64,000 nucleotides of DNA from Myxococcales bacterium. Lineage in GTDB: Bacteria > Desulfobacterota > Binatia > HRBIN30. The notes beneath the pieces were generated by a model, which saw only the letters and a list, made by a program, of their open reading frames with translations, was not told the DNA's origin and did no database searches. The position numbers and the translations under genes are program-made. Numbering within the stretch: the stretch's first letter is position 1; every line of letters starts with the position of its first letter. The stretch is from positions 128,001 through 192,000 of the forward strand of contig JBBILD010000004.1 of NCBI GenBank assembly GCA_037445065.1. The letters run 5' to 3'. This document shows positions 9,702 through 20,347 of the stretch, in pieces.

Positions 9702-10472
9702 TCACTTTTTCAAGAAGTGCCGCTCCGCGATGTTCAGGAATTCAGAGGCGAAATTTTCCATTTCGGCTACCAACACCCGGATCTGCCGGGCAAAATGGTT
9801 GTAGCCGATCACAGCAGGAATGGCGGCGGCCAGACCAGTGGCGGTTGCGACCAGTGCTTCGGCAATTCCAGGGGCCACAGCTTGGATACTGGAGGACTGG
9901 GTATGACTGAGGCCGAGAAAGGCGTTCATGATTCCCCAAACCGTGCCAAACAAGCCGATGAACGGGGTGGCGCTTGCAGTCGTGCCAAGGAACGTGAGGG
10001 CCCGTTCGAGCCGTGTGGTTTCTTGCCGGATCGCCCGCCGCATGGCTCGCTCCACGTTGTCGACTCCACCTAAGTCGGTATCTTCCAAAGACTCGACTGG
10101 ATTGGAGCGCCGCGTCCGCGTCAGCCGTAGCAGCTCTTGGTACCCGGCACGAAACACTTGCGCCACCGGGCTCTCGCGCAGCTCTTGGCTCGCCGTGTGA
10201 ATCGAAGTGAGGTTCTTGGTGTCCCAAAAGATCTCGATAAAACGAGCCGTCTGTCGGCGGGCGATGCGGATTTGCCGGGCCTTGTAAAAAATCACGCCCC
10301 AGGACGCGACCGAGAACGCAAGCAGGATGTACAGGACGGCGGTCACCACTGGGCCCGAGCCGGTAAGAAAGTGCATGACACTGGGCTCGGCTCGCGGCAG
10401 CGTGAGCGGTTGTTGGGCCACCAGCGTGGTTGTCCAAAACAGCATGCACCAGCCCATCCACAACCAGACCAT
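9702..10472 (-). CDS. tolQ: TolQ/ExbB proton channel (start uncertain; several downstream ATGs)
   Basis: Motifs TPFIGLFGTVWGIM and VAPGIAEALVATATGLAAAIPAV. Confidence 0.93.
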   Translation of the reverse strand: MVWLWMGWCMLFWTTTLVAQQPLTLPRAEPSVMHFLTGSGPVVTAVLYILLAFSVASWGVIFYKARQIRIARRQTARFIEIFWDTKNLTSIHTASQELRESPVAQVFRAGYQELLRLTRTRRSNPVESLEDTDLGGVDNVERAMRRAIRQETTRLERALTFLGTTASATPFIGLFGTVWGIMNAFLGLSHTQSSSIQAVAPGIAEALVATATGLAAAIPAVIGYNHFARQIRVLVAEMENFASEFLNIAERHFLKK

Positions 10473-10608
10473 GATCGTCGCTAGAAGAGGGTCTCTTGAG
10501 AGTCAACGCAAACGCGCCCGCTCATAACAATCTTTGTTCGCCAGTGCGACTTCTCAGAGCGGCCTGTTCTTTGTAGTAATCAGTGCACTCTGACGGGAGG
10601 GTGGGATC

Positions 10609-11784
10609 GTGCGTGTGATTTCGGACTTGTTCCTGAGCGGCCAGCGCACCTTCGTGCGAGTGGACTTCAATGTTCCGATCCGTGATGGGAAGGTGGTGGA
10701 TGATACTCGGATCCGCGCCTCCCTCCCCACCATCCGTTACGCAATCGAGCATGGTGCACGGGTCATTTTGGCTTCCCACTTAGGCCGCCCCAAGGGCAAG
10801 CATGTGCCAGAACTGAGCCTGCGCCCCGTAGGGGAGGCTCTGTCCCGCCTGCTTGGGCAAGAGGTGCGCGTGGCGCCGGACTGCGTCGGAGCCAGCGTCG
10901 AGGCCGCAGTGCAGGAACTCTCACCGGGGAAAGTCTTGCTGCTCGAAAACCTGCGCTTTCATGCCGAAGAGGAGAGGAACGACCCCGCATTCAGTCAGGC
11001 TCTTGCCCGCTTAGCGGATGTCTACGTAAACGACGCCTTCGGTACGGCACACCGCGCCCATGCCTCCACCGTCGGCATGGTGCGCTTGGTTCCCCAGCGC
11101 GCGGCCGGGTTCCTGATGAAAAAGGAATGCGACTTTTTGCGCCGGGTGATCGTTCACCCGGCGCGACCTTTGTTTGCACTGATCGGGGGTGCCAAGGTTT
11201 CGGACAAACTTGGGGTGCTGCGCAACCTGCTCCGCGTGGTGGACGGATTGTTGGTGGGAGGCGCCATGGCATACACCTTTTTGAAGAGTGCCGGGGTGGA
11301 AGTGGGAAACTCGCTCGTCGAGCCAGAGCTGCTGCCCGTGGCTCGCGAACTCCAGGAGCAGGCGCGGGCCTCGGGCAAGCAACTTCTGCTTCCCGTGGAT
11401 CACCGGGCTTCGACCGCGACGGACGGTTCAGCGGAAGTCAGGGTGTTCGCTCCCGGTATCCCCGCTGGCTGGATCGGGGTGGACATCGGACCGGAGACCG
11501 AGAAACAGTTCGCGGCCGCGTTGCGCGGCGCGCGTACGATTTTTTGGAATGGCCCGATGGGAGTTTTCGAAGTAGAAGCCTTTTCCCACGGCACGATGGC
11601 CATGGTAGATGCGGTAGTGAGTTCCGGTGCGGAGGTCACAGTCGTTGGGGGTGGGGATTCGGCCGCGGCCGTGATGCGCTCGGGCAAGGCGGACCGCCTT
11701 TCCCACGTCTCGACGGGAGGGGGCGCAACCCTCGAGTTTATCGAGGGACGCGAACTTCCCGGAATCAGCGCTTTGGAGGACTGA
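10609..11784 (+). CDS. pgk: Phosphoglycerate kinase
   Basis: Motifs [43 protein letters not shown] and [16 protein letters not shown] before GTG. Confidence 0.98.
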   Translation: MRVISDLFLSGQRTFVRVDFNVPIRDGKVVDDTRIRASLPTIRYAIEHGARVILASHLGRPKGKHVPELSLRPVGEALSRLLGQEVRVAPDCVGASVEAAVQELSPGKVLLLENLRFHAEEERNDPAFSQALARLADVYVNDAFGTAHRAHASTVGMVRLVPQRAAGFLMKKECDFLRRVIVHPARPLFALIGGAKVSDKLGVLRNLLRVVDGLLVGGAMAYTFLKSAGVEVGNSLVEPELLPVARELQEQARASGKQLLLPVDHRASTATDGSAEVRVFAPGIPAGWIGVDIGPETEKQFAAALRGARTIFWNGPMGVFEVEAFSHGTMAMVDAVVSSGAEVTVVGGGDSAAAVMRSGKADRLSHVSTGGGATLEFIEGRELPGISALED

Positions 11785-11787
11785 CCT

Positions 11788-12546
11788 GTGCGCCGGCCGC
11801 TGATCGTTGGCAACTGGAAAATGCACGGCACGCGCCCGCAGGCGGCGGCGCTGGCCGCCGCTATTCGAGACGGTTTGACGAGCGTCGAAGACCGCGAAGT
11901 GGCGGTCGCCCCACCGTTCACGGCAATCGAGTGCGTGGCGCACGTGCTCGGCGATGCACCGATTGCTCTGGCTGCCCAAAACGCCCATTGGGAGAAGGAA
12001 GGTGCGTTCACGGGCGAGGTGTCCCCCCTGATGCTGCAAGAGCTGGGCTGTCGGTACGTCATTTTGGGCCATTCTGAGCGCCGCCAGTACTTCGGCGAGT
12101 CGGACGCCATGCTGCAGCGCAAGATCCGTGCGGTGCTGCACGCTGCATTGCGGCCGATTTTGTGCGTCGGGGAAACACTCGCCGAGCGAGAGCAGGGGAG
12201 AACCCTGGAAGTCATCCAACGCCAACTCGAAGGAGCGTTGCTCGACTTGGACCCTGTTGCTATAGGCGCGGTCACTGTGGCGTACGAGCCGGTTTGGGCG
12301 ATTGGCACGGGGAAAGTGGCCACGCCGCAGCAAGCCCAGGAAGTCCACGCTGCCATTCGCGCTTGGTTGCACGCGTGGATCGGTGTGGCGGCGAACGACA
12401 TTCGAATTTTATACGGCGGCAGCGTGAAGCCTGAAAACATTGATGATTTGATGGTCGAGAAGGATGTAGATGGTGCCTTGGTCGGCGGCGCGAGCTTGCA
12501 AGCAGAGTCGTTCCTGCGCATCGTGCAGTTTCGACACCGGCAGTAA
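11788..12546 (+). CDS. tpiA: Triosephosphate isomerase
   Basis: Motifs GNWKM, GAFTGEVS, GHSERR, AYEPVWAIGTG, YGGSVK and LVGGASL. Confidence 0.98.
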   Translation: MRRPLIVGNWKMHGTRPQAAALAAAIRDGLTSVEDREVAVAPPFTAIECVAHVLGDAPIALAAQNAHWEKEGAFTGEVSPLMLQELGCRYVILGHSERRQYFGESDAMLQRKIRAVLHAALRPILCVGETLAEREQGRTLEVIQRQLEGALLDLDPVAIGAVTVAYEPVWAIGTGKVATPQQAQEVHAAIRAWLHAWIGVAANDIRILYGGSVKPENIDDLMVEKDVDGALVGGASLQAESFLRIVQFRHRQ

Positions 12547-12568
12547 GGCGGCCTCGAGGAAGTGGAAA

Positions 12569-13018
12569 ATGCACACAGTCTTGATCGTCATTCACGTCAT
12601 TACGTGCCTATTGATCATCGGCGTGGTGTTGATCCAACAGGGCCGAGGGTCTGATATCGGTGCCGTGTTCGGCGGGAGCTCCGCCACGGTTTTTGGCAGT
12701 TCGGGTGCCGGAAATTTTTTGACCCGCCTGACCGCAAGTCTCGCCGCTGTGTTTATGGTCACGGCGGCGACACTGACGTATTTGGGCGCGTACGAAGTGA
12801 CCGGTACGGTCTTCCACGAGTCGTTGCCCCAGCCGCCTCCCCGTCAGGCGCCTGCTGCTGCCGAGCCAGAGGCCCAAGCGCCTCAGGCGGCTCCCGCAGC
12901 GGTAGAGGGCGAGCCGGTGCCTGCCGCCGAGTCGCAGCAGCCACCGGCGGCAGCCGAGCCACAGGAGGCGCAGGTTCCTGCAGCCCCGCAGGCGCAGGAT
13001 GCGCCGAGCGGGCCGTAG
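12569..13018 (+). CDS. secG: Preprotein translocase subunit SecG with an Ala/Pro/Glu-rich tail
   Basis: Two TMs around VLIQQGRG...GAVFGG...VFGSSGAGNFLTRLT; tpiA-secG-tRNA-Leu synteny; start trimmed to ATG 12569. Confidence 0.93.
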   Translation: MHTVLIVIHVITCLLIIGVVLIQQGRGSDIGAVFGGSSATVFGSSGAGNFLTRLTASLAAVFMVTAATLTYLGAYEVTGTVFHESLPQPPPRQAPAAAEPEAQAPQAAPAAVEGEPVPAAESQQPPAAAEPQEAQVPAAPQAQDAPSGP

Positions 13019-13065
13019 CCACTGGGCGTGCGTTTCTGGTAAGTCGGAGCCGAGAACTACCCTGT

Positions 13066-13149
13066 GCGAGGATGGCGGAACTGGCAGACGCGCTAGTTTG
13101 AGGGGCTAGTGGGGTAACACCCGTGGGGGTTCGAGTCCCCCTCCTCGCA
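13066..13149 (+). tRNA. tRNA-Leu, anticodon GAG (CCA not encoded)
   Basis: Acceptor stem GCGAGGA/TCCTCGC plus discriminator A; D-loop GGAACTGGCAGAC; anticodon arm CTAGT-TTGAGGG-GCTAG; long variable arm; T-loop GGTTCGAGTCC. Confidence 0.96.
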
Positions 13150-13263
13150 CTTCCCAGACTTCAGCCTCCCGTTCCTCGGACGCTTGCGTTGTAGCGGTGC
13201 GCCCGGCTGCCAGCGCGCAGCGGAGGTTGCCTTAAGGCACTGTTACGGGCTGGTTCTGGCCTA

Positions 13264-13294
13264 CGGAAGGGCAGCCACGGTGGCTGGCCTTCCG
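13264..13294. terminator. Near-perfect inverted repeat between convergent units; possible terminator or processing hairpin
   Basis: CGGAAGGGCAGCCAC-G-GTGGCTGGCCTTCCG pairs at 14 of 15 positions; no U-tract on either side. Confidence 0.35.
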
Positions 13295-13425
13295 GTGCCG
13301 GTGCGCGAAGCAGGTGGGTGGAATGCTGGCGCAAGCAGGCAGGACTCTTTGCCCACAATGGAGCGCTGCACGCGTAGCGAGCGAGGCGCCTTGTGCGAGC
13401 CTGTTCTCGTTTCAGCCGCTCCGGT

Positions 13426-14694
13426 TCACCCGGAAGCAACGATTTGCGGCACGGAGTGGCCTTTGAGGTCGCCGAGCAAGGTGAGAGCGATTTGTCCTTC
13501 GCAAAACAGCCGCTCGGCCAAAGCGACGATGTCGTCGTTGGTGGTGGAATCGATCCGCGCCGCCACTTCGGCCGGCGAGACGTCATGACCGAAGTAAATC
13601 TCGTTTTTCGCGATCCGTGTCATACGGCTGTCGCTGGTTTCCAGGCCGAGCAGCAGGTTGCCTTTGAGCTGATTTTTGACCCGCCGCAGTTCGGCCTCGG
13701 TGACCCCTTCCCGTTTGAGCCGGCGCAGCTCGTGCAAGATGACCTCCACCACCTCACTTGCCCACTCCGCGCGCGTGCCCACATAGATCCCGAGGTAACC
13801 AGCGTCACTGTACGAGGACAGGAACGAATAGACCGAATAGGCACGACCGCGCTTCTCCCGCACCTCTTGAAACAAACGCGAACTCATCCCGCCGCCGAGA
13901 GCGGTGTTCAACAGGTACGCGGCATAGCGCTGCTCGTCGGTCTGCGAGATTCCGGGCAGTCCCAGGCAAAGGTGCACCTGTTCCAGCGGCTTCTCGACGT
14001 AGTGCACCCCCGCTCGGGGCCACGGCGGACTGCCGTCCGCATCGGTAGCACTGCCGTACAGGCTCCCGAATTGGGATTGCGCCCATTGTACCATCGCCTC
14101 GTGCTCGATCTGCCCGGCCGCAGCAATGAGGATTCGGTCCGGCTGGTACCGCTCGGAAAGGAAGCGCAAGAAGTCCTCTTGCTGGAATTGCCGCACTGTT
14201 TCTTCGCGGCCGCACACAGGCTGTCCGAGTGGGTGATCCGGCCAGTAGCGGAGAACGAAGAGGTCGTGCACGTAGTCGTCCGGCGTATCTTCGACCTGCG
14301 AGATCTCTTGCAGCACGACGGTGCGTTCCCGCTCCACTTCTTCCGGGTCGAACCGAGAGTGTAGAAAAATGTCGGCGAGTAGGTCCTGGATGACCGGCAG
14401 GTGTTCGGCCAGGACCTTTCCATAGTAGCAAGTGTACTCTTTACCGGTGAAGGCATTGAGAACGCCCCCGACCGCATCCGCCTCTTCAGCGATTTGGGCG
14501 GCGGAGCGCCGCTCTGTCCCTTTGAAAAAGAGGTGCTCCAAAAAATGCGAAATGCCAGCTTGTTCCGGGCGCTCGTGGCGCGAGCCGTTTTCTACCCAGA
14601 TCCCGAGCGTAACAGACGGGACACCCGGAACGTGCTCGGTGACCACGCGGATGCCGTTGTCGAGTCGGGTACGTTGTACCGAACCGTTGCCCAT
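13426..14694 (-). CDS. M16 (pitrilysin/insulinase) family Zn-dependent peptidase
   Basis: Inverted zinc motif HFLEH, NAFTGKEYT and GGGMSSRLFQEVREKRG; typical position after pnp; start ATG 14694. Confidence 0.93.
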   Translation of the reverse strand: MGNGSVQRTRLDNGIRVVTEHVPGVPSVTLGIWVENGSRHERPEQAGISHFLEHLFFKGTERRSAAQIAEEADAVGGVLNAFTGKEYTCYYGKVLAEHLPVIQDLLADIFLHSRFDPEEVERERTVVLQEISQVEDTPDDYVHDLFVLRYWPDHPLGQPVCGREETVRQFQQEDFLRFLSERYQPDRILIAAAGQIEHEAMVQWAQSQFGSLYGSATDADGSPPWPRAGVHYVEKPLEQVHLCLGLPGISQTDEQRYAAYLLNTALGGGMSSRLFQEVREKRGRAYSVYSFLSSYSDAGYLGIYVGTRAEWASEVVEVILHELRRLKREGVTEAELRRVKNQLKGNLLLGLETSDSRMTRIAKNEIYFGHDVSPAEVAARIDSTTNDDIVALAERLFCEGQIALTLLGDLKGHSVPQIVASG

Positions 14695-14701
14695 TCCTTG
14701 C

Positions 14702-16834
14702 TCACGAAGTGCGCTTGCCGGCAGGCCCCTGGCCCGAACCCGTGCTCTTCTTCTCCGCCTCCTGCAACACTTCCCTTCTGCTGAGCCGGATCTTCCCGGT
14801 CTTGTCGACTTCGAGAACCTTGACCAGAACTTCTTCGCCCTCGCGCAGCACATCGCTGACCTTGGCAACCCGCCCCGGCCCGATTTGCGAAATGTGCAGT
14901 AACCCGTCTACGCCGGGCAAAATTTCTACGAACGCCCCAAAATCCACAATGCGCCGCACGATGCCCTTGTAAACTTTTCCTACTTCTGGCTCGGCCGTGA
15001 TCCCTTGGATCAGTTCGATGGCACGGCTCATTGCCTTTTGGTCAGCAGAGGCGACGATCACCGTGCCGTCGTCCTCGACGTCAATCTTCACTCCGGTTTC
15101 CTCGATGATGCTGCGGATGACTTTGCCGCCAGGGCCGATCAGGTCGCGGATCTTGTCCGGCTTGATTTTGAGGGTCACGATGCGCGGAGCATGCGGGGAG
15201 ATATGCGGCCGCGGCTCAGCGATCGCCTGCGCCATTTGTTCTAAAATGAACAGCCGACCCTCGCGGGCTTGGTAGAGCGCTTCTTGCATGATCTCGCGCG
15301 TGACCCGCCCGATCTTGATGTCCATTTGCAACGCTGTGATGCCGCGGGCGGTGCCGGCCACTTTGAAGTCCATGTCCCCGAGGTGGTCCTCATCGCCGAG
15401 AATGTCCGAGAGAATCCGCACCTCTTCGCCTTCCTTGATGAGCCCCATGGCGATGCCGGCTACCGCGGCCCGAATGGGCACGCCTGCATCCATCAGCGAC
15501 AGCGTCGCCCCACACACAGTGGCCATGGAAGACGAACCGTTCGACTCGAGGATCTCCGACACCACCCGGATGGTGTACGGGAACGCTTCTTCCGGCGGCA
15601 GCACCGCCTGAATCGCCCGTTCGGCAAGTGCTCCGTGCCCGATCTCGCGCCGCCCTGGGCTGCGCAAGAAACGAACTTCCCCCACGCTGAACGGCGGGAA
15701 GTTGTAATGCAGCATGAACTTCTTGAAGTGTTCACCAATGAGGGCGTCGATCTTTTGTTCGTCGGAAGAAGTACCGAGCGTGGCAGTGACCAGTGCTTGG
15801 GTTTCCCCTCGCGTGAACAAAGCCGAGCCGTGCGCACGGGGAAGCAAGCCCACCTCGCACTGAATGGGGCGGATGTCTTTGAGCCCGCGGCCATCCACGC
15901 GCCGGCCTTCGCGCACGATCGCCTCGCGCATGACCCGAGCCTTGATCTCCTCGCACATGCTCTTGCATTCAGCGAGGCGCTCCGGTTGCTGCGCGGCGAT
16001 TTGTGCAAGAACCCCTTGTTCTGCTTCTTTGACTGCCTGGGCCCGCTCTTGTTTGGTCGGGATTTGGAACGCCGTGCGGAATTTGGGCACAGCCAATTGC
16101 TCGAGGGAGCGGAAGAATTCTTCATCGAAGCTTGGCGCTACGAAATCTCGCTTGGGCTTGCCAACCGCTGCCCGCAACTCCTGCTGCAGTTCGATCAGCG
16201 CTTGTGCTTCCTGAAAAGCGTAAAACAGGGCGTCGAGCACCGCATCTTCGCCGACTTCCTGTGCCCCACCTTCCACCATCACGATGCCGTCGCGGCTGGC
16301 TGCCACCACCAGATTCAAGTCGCTCTGCTCGAGCTGGCTTACCGTTGGGTTGATCACCAGTTGGCCCTGAACTCTGCCCACTCGCACGCAGCCTATCGGC
16401 CCGAAGAAAGGAACGTCCGACACCTCGAGAGCCGCGGAGGCGGCGGTGACCGCAAGGACGTCGGGATCGTTTTCCTTGTCGTGCGACAGCACAGTCGCGA
16501 TCACCTGGGTTTCCGAGCGGAAGCCGTCAGGAAACAAAGGCCGAATGGGACGGTCGATCAGTCGCGAAGTCAGGGTTTCTTTTTCCGTCGGCCGTCCTTC
16601 GCGCTTGAAAAATCCGCCGGGGATTTTGCCGGCTGCAAAGGTCCGTTCCTGGTAATCGCAGGTGAGCGGGGAAAAATCGATTCCCTCGCGTACCTTCCTT
16701 TCCGAGACCACGGTCACCAGGACCATCGACTCGCCGTACGACAGGACCACAGCCCCGTCTGCTTGTTTGGCCATACGCCCGCTCTCGATCCAAAGCGGGC
16801 GCCCGTGAAAAGTGGTCTCGATTCGTCGGTACAT
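14702..16834 (-). CDS. pnp: Polyribonucleotide nucleotidyltransferase (PNPase)
   Basis: Motifs [29 protein letters not shown] and [14 protein letters not shown]-terminal KH and S1 domains. Confidence 0.98.
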   Translation of the reverse strand: MYRRIETTFHGRPLWIESGRMAKQADGAVVLSYGESMVLVTVVSERKVREGIDFSPLTCDYQERTFAAGKIPGGFFKREGRPTEKETLTSRLIDRPIRPLFPDGFRSETQVIATVLSHDKENDPDVLAVTAASAALEVSDVPFFGPIGCVRVGRVQGQLVINPTVSQLEQSDLNLVVAASRDGIVMVEGGAQEVGEDAVLDALFYAFQEAQALIELQQELRAAVGKPKRDFVAPSFDEEFFRSLEQLAVPKFRTAFQIPTKQERAQAVKEAEQGVLAQIAAQQPERLAECKSMCEEIKARVMREAIVREGRRVDGRGLKDIRPIQCEVGLLPRAHGSALFTRGETQALVTATLGTSSDEQKIDALIGEHFKKFMLHYNFPPFSVGEVRFLRSPGRREIGHGALAERAIQAVLPPEEAFPYTIRVVSEILESNGSSSMATVCGATLSLMDAGVPIRAAVAGIAMGLIKEGEEVRILSDILGDEDHLGDMDFKVAGTARGITALQMDIKIGRVTREIMQEALYQAREGRLFILEQMAQAIAEPRPHISPHAPRIVTLKIKPDKIRDLIGPGGKVIRSIIEETGVKIDVEDDGTVIVASADQKAMSRAIELIQGITAEPEVGKVYKGIVRRIVDFGAFVEILPGVDGLLHISQIGPGRVAKVSDVLREGEEVLVKVLEVDKTGKIRLSRREVLQEAEKKSTGSGQGPAGKRTS

Positions 16835-16895
16835 GTTTGCCGTTCGGGCTGGTGCTCCGCAGCGGGAGGAACAAGCTGAACGAGTTCGGGCAGCG

Positions 16896-17165
16896 TTACT
16901 TGCGCAAGCCCAAGCGCTCGATCAAGCTTTTGTAGCGCTCGAAATCTTCGTGCTTGAGGTACTCGAGCAGGCGACGGCGTTGGCCGACCAGCTTGAGCAG
17001 CCCCCGCCGAGAATGATGGTCCTTTTTGTGTACCTCGAAGTGCTGCGAAAGATGTTCGATCCGCGCAGTCAGCAGGGCAATTTGCACTTCCGGTGAGCCG
17101 GTATCTTTCTGGTGCCGTGCATTCGCCCTAATCAGCTCCTTCACCTGTTCGGGAGCCAGTCCCAT
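16896..17165 (-). CDS. rpsO: 30S ribosomal protein S15
   Basis: Motifs [13 protein letters not shown] and [20 protein letters not shown]; 89 aa from ATG 17165 with a GGAGG RBS. Confidence 0.98.
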   Translation of the reverse strand: MGLAPEQVKELIRANARHQKDTGSPEVQIALLTARIEHLSQHFEVHKKDHHSRRGLLKLVGQRRRLLEYLKHEDFERYKSLIERLGLRK

Positions 17166-17194
17166 TCTTCCTCCATCTTCAAATTCGCCGCGCG

Positions 17195-17223
17195 TGCTTA
17201 ACACCCTGCCGAAAGCCCTTCAA
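17195..17223 (-). promoter_or_regulatory. Putative sigma70-type promoter for rpsO-pnp
   Basis: Minus strand reads TTGAAG-N17-TAAGCA with an extended TG, about 30 nt upstream of the rpsO ATG. Confidence 0.45.
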
Positions 17224-17381
17224 CCCCGCGCGGCGCATCGGAGCGCCTGTTGGAGAGGCGGACCGCGGCCTACACCGCGGAGGAGGCGCTCCCGGTTGGT
17301 CGCCTGCCCGAACTTCTTCCCACAACGCCCGCGGACGACCATGTGGCGGAAGGCGAGGGTCTTCGTCTACGGTTCCCGGCG

Positions 17382-18356
17382 ATGCACATCGTTCACGTGA
17401 GCCCGTGGAGGTTGCCTGCCAGCGCTTACGGCGGATCCCAGAGGGTTTTGTGGTGGCTCGCGCGAGCGCAGTTGGGCTGCGGCGACGAGGTGACCCTGTT
17501 TGCCCCTGAAGGAACGTGGGTGCCGGGGGCGCGTTTGCTCGCGGTCCCAGATGGGGTTGCGGGTGACGAGCAGAAAATGGTTCCCTGGGTGCTCGCACAC
17601 CTGCCCCGCGAGGTAGATGTCATTCATTGGCAACGCATGCCGCCGGAGATGCCGCAGGCTCCGTTCGTGGTGACCGTGCACGGCAACTCTGCCGCCGAAT
17701 TGCAGCCGCATCCGAACAAGGTGTACTTGAGCCGCAACCACGCGCAGCGTGCTGGCGCGGCAGCGTTTGTCTACAACGGCTTGGATCCCTCCGAGTACAA
17801 CTTCCGAGAGAAAAAAGACTCCTATGTGTTGTTCTTGGGTAAGCTGAGCCGGCGCAGTAAAGGGATCCGCTGGGCGCTCGAAATTGCACGCAAGAGCGGG
17901 GTGGAGTTGGTGGTTGCCGGGGGAACCCGGTGGGGTTTGCGCAAGACTGGTGGTTGGTGGGCGAGCCTGTCTCGCCGCGTTCACTTTATCGGCGAAGTGG
18001 CGGGCTGGAGGAAGGCAGAACTCTTGGCTGGAGCACGGGCGCTGCTCTTTCCTATCCAGTGGGAAGAACCATTTGGACTCGTGATGATCGAGGCCTTGGT
18101 CAGCGGCACCCCTGTGCTGGCGTGCCCGCGTGGTGCAGCGCCGGAGATCCTCACTCCGGAGGTTGGCGCGCTGTGCCGCACGGTGGATGAGTTTTGTGCA
18201 GCGCTTGCCCAACTGCATCACTTTTCTCCCACCGAATGCCGCCAGCGGGTGTTGTCGCACTTTACCGCCGAGCACATGGCGGCGGGCTACCGTGCGCGTT
18301 ACCTGCGTGCCATGCAGGCTGCCGACGTGCACGCTTGCCCATCTCCGCAGTCGTGA
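17382..18356 (+). CDS. Glycosyltransferase family 4 (GT-B)
   Basis: Motifs YGGSQRV, VYNGLD and PIQWEEPFGLVMIEALVSGTPV; start trimmed to ATG 17382. Confidence 0.92.
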   Translation: MHIVHVSPWRLPASAYGGSQRVLWWLARAQLGCGDEVTLFAPEGTWVPGARLLAVPDGVAGDEQKMVPWVLAHLPREVDVIHWQRMPPEMPQAPFVVTVHGNSAAELQPHPNKVYLSRNHAQRAGAAAFVYNGLDPSEYNFREKKDSYVLFLGKLSRRSKGIRWALEIARKSGVELVVAGGTRWGLRKTGGWWASLSRRVHFIGEVAGWRKAELLAGARALLFPIQWEEPFGLVMIEALVSGTPVLACPRGAAPEILTPEVGALCRTVDEFCAALAQLHHFSPTECRQRVLSHFTAEHMAAGYRARYLRAMQAADVHACPSPQS

Positions 18357-18396
18357 GAGGATGCAAGGGTAGCGTTGCCTTCGGGTTGCTCGGGAC

Positions 18397-19332
18397 GTGC
18401 AGGAACAAGCAGTGGGAACGGAAAACCCGCAGATCTCCGTGCTGATCGCGACACGCAACCGTGCCCAGTCGCTCGAGCGCGCGCTTACGTCGTTGCTGCG
18501 GGCTCTGCATGGGTGCCCGCTGAGCACCGAGGTCATTATCGTAGATAACGGTTCTAGCGACGCCACGCCGCGGGTGATCGAAGGCTTTTATCGAGCCTGC
18601 GGGGTCGCGGGAGTTCCGTTGCTTGTTCCGGAGCGAGGGAAAGCGCGGGCGCTCAACGCGGGACTTGCGCGCGCTCGCGGTGCGGTCGTTGCCTTCACCG
18701 ACGACGACGTCGAGATACCGGAGCAGTGGCTCGTTGCCGCGGCTCGCTTCTCGAAAGAGTACCCAGAGTACGCCGCTGCCACCGGCCCGGTGTGCCTACC
18801 GCCCGGGGAGTACGATCGAGAGACCTTGGCGCGGGTGCGGTTGTTGCGGACGCTACCCCTCTTGGATTTGGGCAGTGCGGCCTGCGAAACCAAGCACCTG
18901 TACGGCTGCAACATGCTCGTGCGGCGCGCTGCCTTGTTGCGTGCGGGCGGCTTCGACGAGCGGCTCGGGCCGGGCGCCAGTGGTTTGCATGAAGACGGGG
19001 AACTGGCTCGCAGACTGCGCGCATCGGGTGAGCGAATCCTGTATTTCCCTCCGTTGCGCATGTTCCATACCGTGGATCCGGCTCGTTTGACCTGGGAGTT
19101 CTTCCGGGAACTGCATCGTGCGGACGGGCGCAGCCGGTTCGTGCGTGATGGGAACCGGGGCTTGACCCATGCCGCACGCCGCTGGCTCGGCGCCGCTTTG
19201 GTGTGGGGCTGGTGGGCGGTTTGCGGGCAGCGCGGGCGGCGGGTACGGGCTTGGGGCAGGTTGGTGTCGCACTCGGAGTATCTGCGCCTGTGCTGGTCGG
19301 CCGCGCAGGCGGCGGAGCAAGGCCCGGAGTGA
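18397..19332 (+). CDS. Glycosyltransferase family 2
   Basis: Motifs ISVLIATRNR, VDNGSSD, FTDDD and GGFDERLG...ED. Confidence 0.92.
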   Translation: MQEQAVGTENPQISVLIATRNRAQSLERALTSLLRALHGCPLSTEVIIVDNGSSDATPRVIEGFYRACGVAGVPLLVPERGKARALNAGLARARGAVVAFTDDDVEIPEQWLVAAARFSKEYPEYAAATGPVCLPPGEYDRETLARVRLLRTLPLLDLGSAACETKHLYGCNMLVRRAALLRAGGFDERLGPGASGLHEDGELARRLRASGERILYFPPLRMFHTVDPARLTWEFFRELHRADGRSRFVRDGNRGLTHAARRWLGAALVWGWWAVCGQRGRRVRAWGRLVSHSEYLRLCWSAAQAAEQGPE

Positions 19333-19468
19333 GCAGGCTGGTCGAAGAACGGCATCTGCTCTGGACCGGGCTTTCCACTGCCAGAGCTCGCGCAGCGCCT
19401 GCCGGAATGGAGTGCCTGCTGGCGAGCTCCAGCCTCGGCCGATACGCCGCAGATTGGCCGGAGAATCC

Positions 19469-20347
19469 TCAGTCTTTGAGTTCGATATAGTTGCGATTTT
19501 CGCCCAAGCGGAAGCCGAGGACGCGGTTCTCGAGGAAGGTCAGTAGGCGAATACGCAGAGTGTCATGCCGCATCCGAGTTTTGCCGGGCTTGACCTCCCA
19601 GTCCATGGCGGCGATGCGCTCGCGCATGACCGCTGGATGCGTGCCTGTAAAGCGTGCCCGTCCGTACAGCCGACCGTAGTCGAACGGGCGCTCGAGGTCG
19701 GGGAATCGCTTGTTGGCCTCTTCCGGCCCGAGGTGTAGGGTAAGAAACGAATGGGTCTTTTTGGTCATACGCTGCGGCGGGCGGACCCAGCCATAGTGAA
19801 AAATGCGGCCACCAGAGGGCTTCACGTGCAGCTTCTTGCCGTCACGCCGAAACCCCTGCGCGCTTTTCCAGGAGCGCACGCCAATCCGGGTGCGTACGAT
19901 CCGAATCTCTTTCCGGTACCAGCCGTGCGCCACCATGTAGTGGTCGTAATCGCCAAAGAAGTGCAGGTAGTCGAAGAGCAAGCCCTCCACGCGAGGGTCG
20001 GGAAGATACGTCTCCATGGCTTTCACGATCTGCGGCAGGTCGTCTTCGTGCACCACCTCGTCGGCCTGCAGGTAGAAGGCCCAGTCGCCTGTGCAGGCAT
20101 CGAGCGCGACGTTAGTTTGCTGCGCGTTGGTGCGGCCGCGAACGAACTCGTTGGGGTCCCAGCGAGTCTCGATAATCTGAATTTTGGGGTCACCAATGCT
20201 ACGGATCAGCTCCGTGGTACCGTCGGTGGAATCGCCAGCCGCGACGATGAACTCATCGCAGATGGGGAGGATCGAGCGGATCGACTCCACCACTGGGTAA
20301 TACAGATCGATTGCGTTGCGAACGAAGGTAAAGCCGCTGACGCGCAT
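19469..20347 (-). CDS. Glycosyltransferase family 2-like protein
   Basis: Motifs SGFTFVRNA, DSTDGT, YLQADE and IFHYGWVRPP. Confidence 0.85.
   Translation of the reverse strand: MRVSGFTFVRNAIDLYYPVVESIRSILPICDEFIVAAGDSTDGTTELIRSIGDPKIQIIETRWDPNEFVRGRTNAQQTNVALDACTGDWAFYLQADEVVHEDDLPQIVKAMETYLPDPRVEGLLFDYLHFFGDYDHYMVAHGWYRKEIRIVRTRIGVRSWKSAQGFRRDGKKLHVKPSGGRIFHYGWVRPPQRMTKKTHSFLTLHLGPEEANKRFPDLERPFDYGRLYGRARFTGTHPAVMRERIAAMDWEVKPGKTRMRHDTLRIRLLTFLENRVLGFRLGENRNYIELKD

Noticed and set aside
8556..10073. 505-aa plus-strand ORF, and similar long ORFs such as 15269-16879(+), 17367-18566(-), 29768-30991(-) and 48525-50486(-)
   Set aside because: Antisense shadows of well-supported genes (tolA/R/Q, pnp, GT4, RRM/GST, AKR/feo). 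They are expected in high-GC DNA and carry no recognisable motifs.
13066..13430. tRNA-Leu as an integration site for an island or prophage
   Set aside because: No integrase and no duplicated tRNA 3' end seen; housekeeping genes flank it.
17166..17225. S15 autoregulatory leader upstream of rpsO
   Set aside because: The putative promoter leaves only about 25 nt of leader, and I could not identify a known structure.
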